64,000 bases of DNA. It comes from Gekko japonicus (Eukaryota). The stretch is taken from assembly GCF_001447785.1 (NCBI RefSeq), contig NW_015165238.1:281633-345632 (forward strand), in the 5' to 3' direction. Shown in pieces: positions 62,401 through 64,000 of the stretch. Every line of letters begins with the position of its first letter. The first letter of the stretch is position 1. The position numbers and the translations under genes were made by a program. The notes beneath the pieces are model-generated. The model ran no database searches. It saw only the letters and a program-made list of their open reading frames with translations, and was not told where the DNA came from.

Positions 62401-63661
62401 ACTAGTAAAGAGAAATTCTCTTAATTCCTCTTTACCTAATTTCTACCTGGAATCCAACGATCTATTTTTCTCCCTCTTTTTAGGAATCTGGAATCTGTTC
62501 CTAATGAACTCCATTTTGATTAAAGAGAAATCCAAAGAGTAGAGTGGCAGGAAGGGAACTTCTGCAAGATTTTGTAATTTCATTCTGCAGATGCTGAGAG
62601 GCAGGAAATGTCTTCCCAAACCCTATCCTCCTGCTAGAACACCACCCTCTGGTATGTAACATAAAATAACTTCAAGGGATGAAGCTAAACAAGGTACACT
62701 GATTTCTCTTCAAAGAGAAATGAAAGGGAAATCCCTCTTTTAAGGAAAACAAAAACCAGGAGGAATGAATAATGATATTTCAAAAAGTGAATTTCAGCTC
62801 TCAAATGGTTCCCTCAGAAACTTGGTCATTTTAAAATCTTCAGTTCAGGCCTCAGAAGTGGCCTAGTATAAGTTCCCAGAGACAGAGAGAGACTTTGCTA
62901 AGCAGAGCAAGCTGACCTTGTTATTCTTAGATAAGCCTGCAGCTGTGTAAGGGAGTGTGTTTCACCTGTGGAAAAAGGGGTCAAGACCATCTGCAGTGGG
63001 TTTTGGTTCCTTTCACCCTGGTCAAGTTATCCTATAGGTCAATTGCCCATCAGTAGGGAGCTGTGTCATCAGTAAAGGTTTTCCTTGGTTCAACAGGCCT
63101 GAGACCATGATACCCCTTCCTCATAAAGAAGTTACATTTTCCATTCAGTGTGTGCCTGATGGTGACTACCACACCATGCAGTTGCTGTTATTCTTCTGTC
63201 ATCCATCTTGATTGCTTGCTCAGGAGGGCCAAACAGTATGCTTGCCCTGGCTGACTCTGGAGGGAGAGCTGCTTTGATGCTGAGAGCCTTCAGCCTGAGA
63301 TGAAATAACAATTGGTACCTTAGAACCATTGTATTACTGTGTTAGCTAGTGTTTTAATTCTAAGATTTCTTGTTTTCCCTCACAGTTGTGTTTTAATGTA
63401 TCCGTGCTTGTGGTTTCTGCCTTCAACTGAACTCAACCCAAATTCAGTGTTTAGACCCAGTGACCGCCTACCAGCTAGCTTGATTGGTGCTTGGAAACTT
63501 GTTTTGCAGGCCCATCCTGCAGGGTTCACTCCCTTGGTTAAACCCCTGAGGGGCTAGGAGATTTGCTCTTTTGCTCCTAAGCCATGGGGCTGGTGGTAGC
63601 CTACCTGACTAGTAAAAGGTTAGCCATACCTTAGGATTTGGTAATTGTGTTGTGCTCCAAT

Positions 63662-63868
63662 CAATGCTCCCTCTAAGCCGTGGAGTCTTGTGAGCAAAAA
63701 TTCTACTTTGTGAGCTACTAACATTAAAGTTGTGAGTGAGTGATTGGGCTACTGCATAAATTAGTTTGCTCTGGAACCATCCTTCCTAAGCTAAGACAAA
63801 AATGTGTGAGTCAGAGGCTAAAAAACCTGTGAGCTAGCTCACACTAACTCAATTTAGAGGGAACACTG
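63662..63868. mobile_element. hAT MITE (same family as 45066)
   Basis: TIRs CAATGCTCCCTCTAA / TTAGAGGGAACACTG; imperfect 8-bp TSD GCTCCAAT/GCTGCAGT. Confidence 0.75.
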
Positions 63869-64000
63869 GCTGCAGTCGTTCTACCCAAAGGTCCTTTAGC
63901 CCAGGCTGGACTGGGGACCATTGACAGACCCCTTTTTCTTTCTTTTCTTTGACTAAGAGGAAAGCTGGTTGGATGCAACCCTTCATTTTCCTCCTTCTGC

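Noticed and set aside
62790-63340. Possible coding or retroelement remnant
   Set aside because: No recognisable motif in the frames I read; cannot be supported without a search.

Overview
Vertebrate genomic DNA, almost certainly from a squamate reptile and probably a gecko (BovB LINEs, Sauria SINE, 5S-derived and Squam3-type SINEs, DIRS/Ngaro elements). It is a chemosensory receptor cluster. It holds one complete six-exon vomeronasal type-2 receptor (V2R, minus strand, about 866 aa), five intact single-coding-exon olfactory receptors (three OR11/OR6/OR10-like on minus, two OR14-like on plus) and three OR pseudogenes broken by transposon insertions, all in a dense transposon landscape. The most unusual items are: (i) a 1.16-kb LTR with a primer-binding site for elongator tRNA-Met, a ~1-kb CpG-rich leader and a possibly decayed U3 reading frame, inserted into a young BovB; (ii) an Ngaro-type tyrosine-recombinase retrotransposon with split direct repeats carrying an SGNH-hydrolase ORF; (iii) apparent splice-site losses with nearby rescue sites in the V2R and two OR14 genes, plus a shared ~29-nt 5' micro-exon; (iv) Harbinger-like MITEs with non-canonical 3-bp target duplications and a near-perfect 283-nt hairpin. 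No CRISPR, rRNA or true tRNA genes are supported. Family names come from motif recognition by eye, not database searches, and repeat boundaries without TSDs are approximate.
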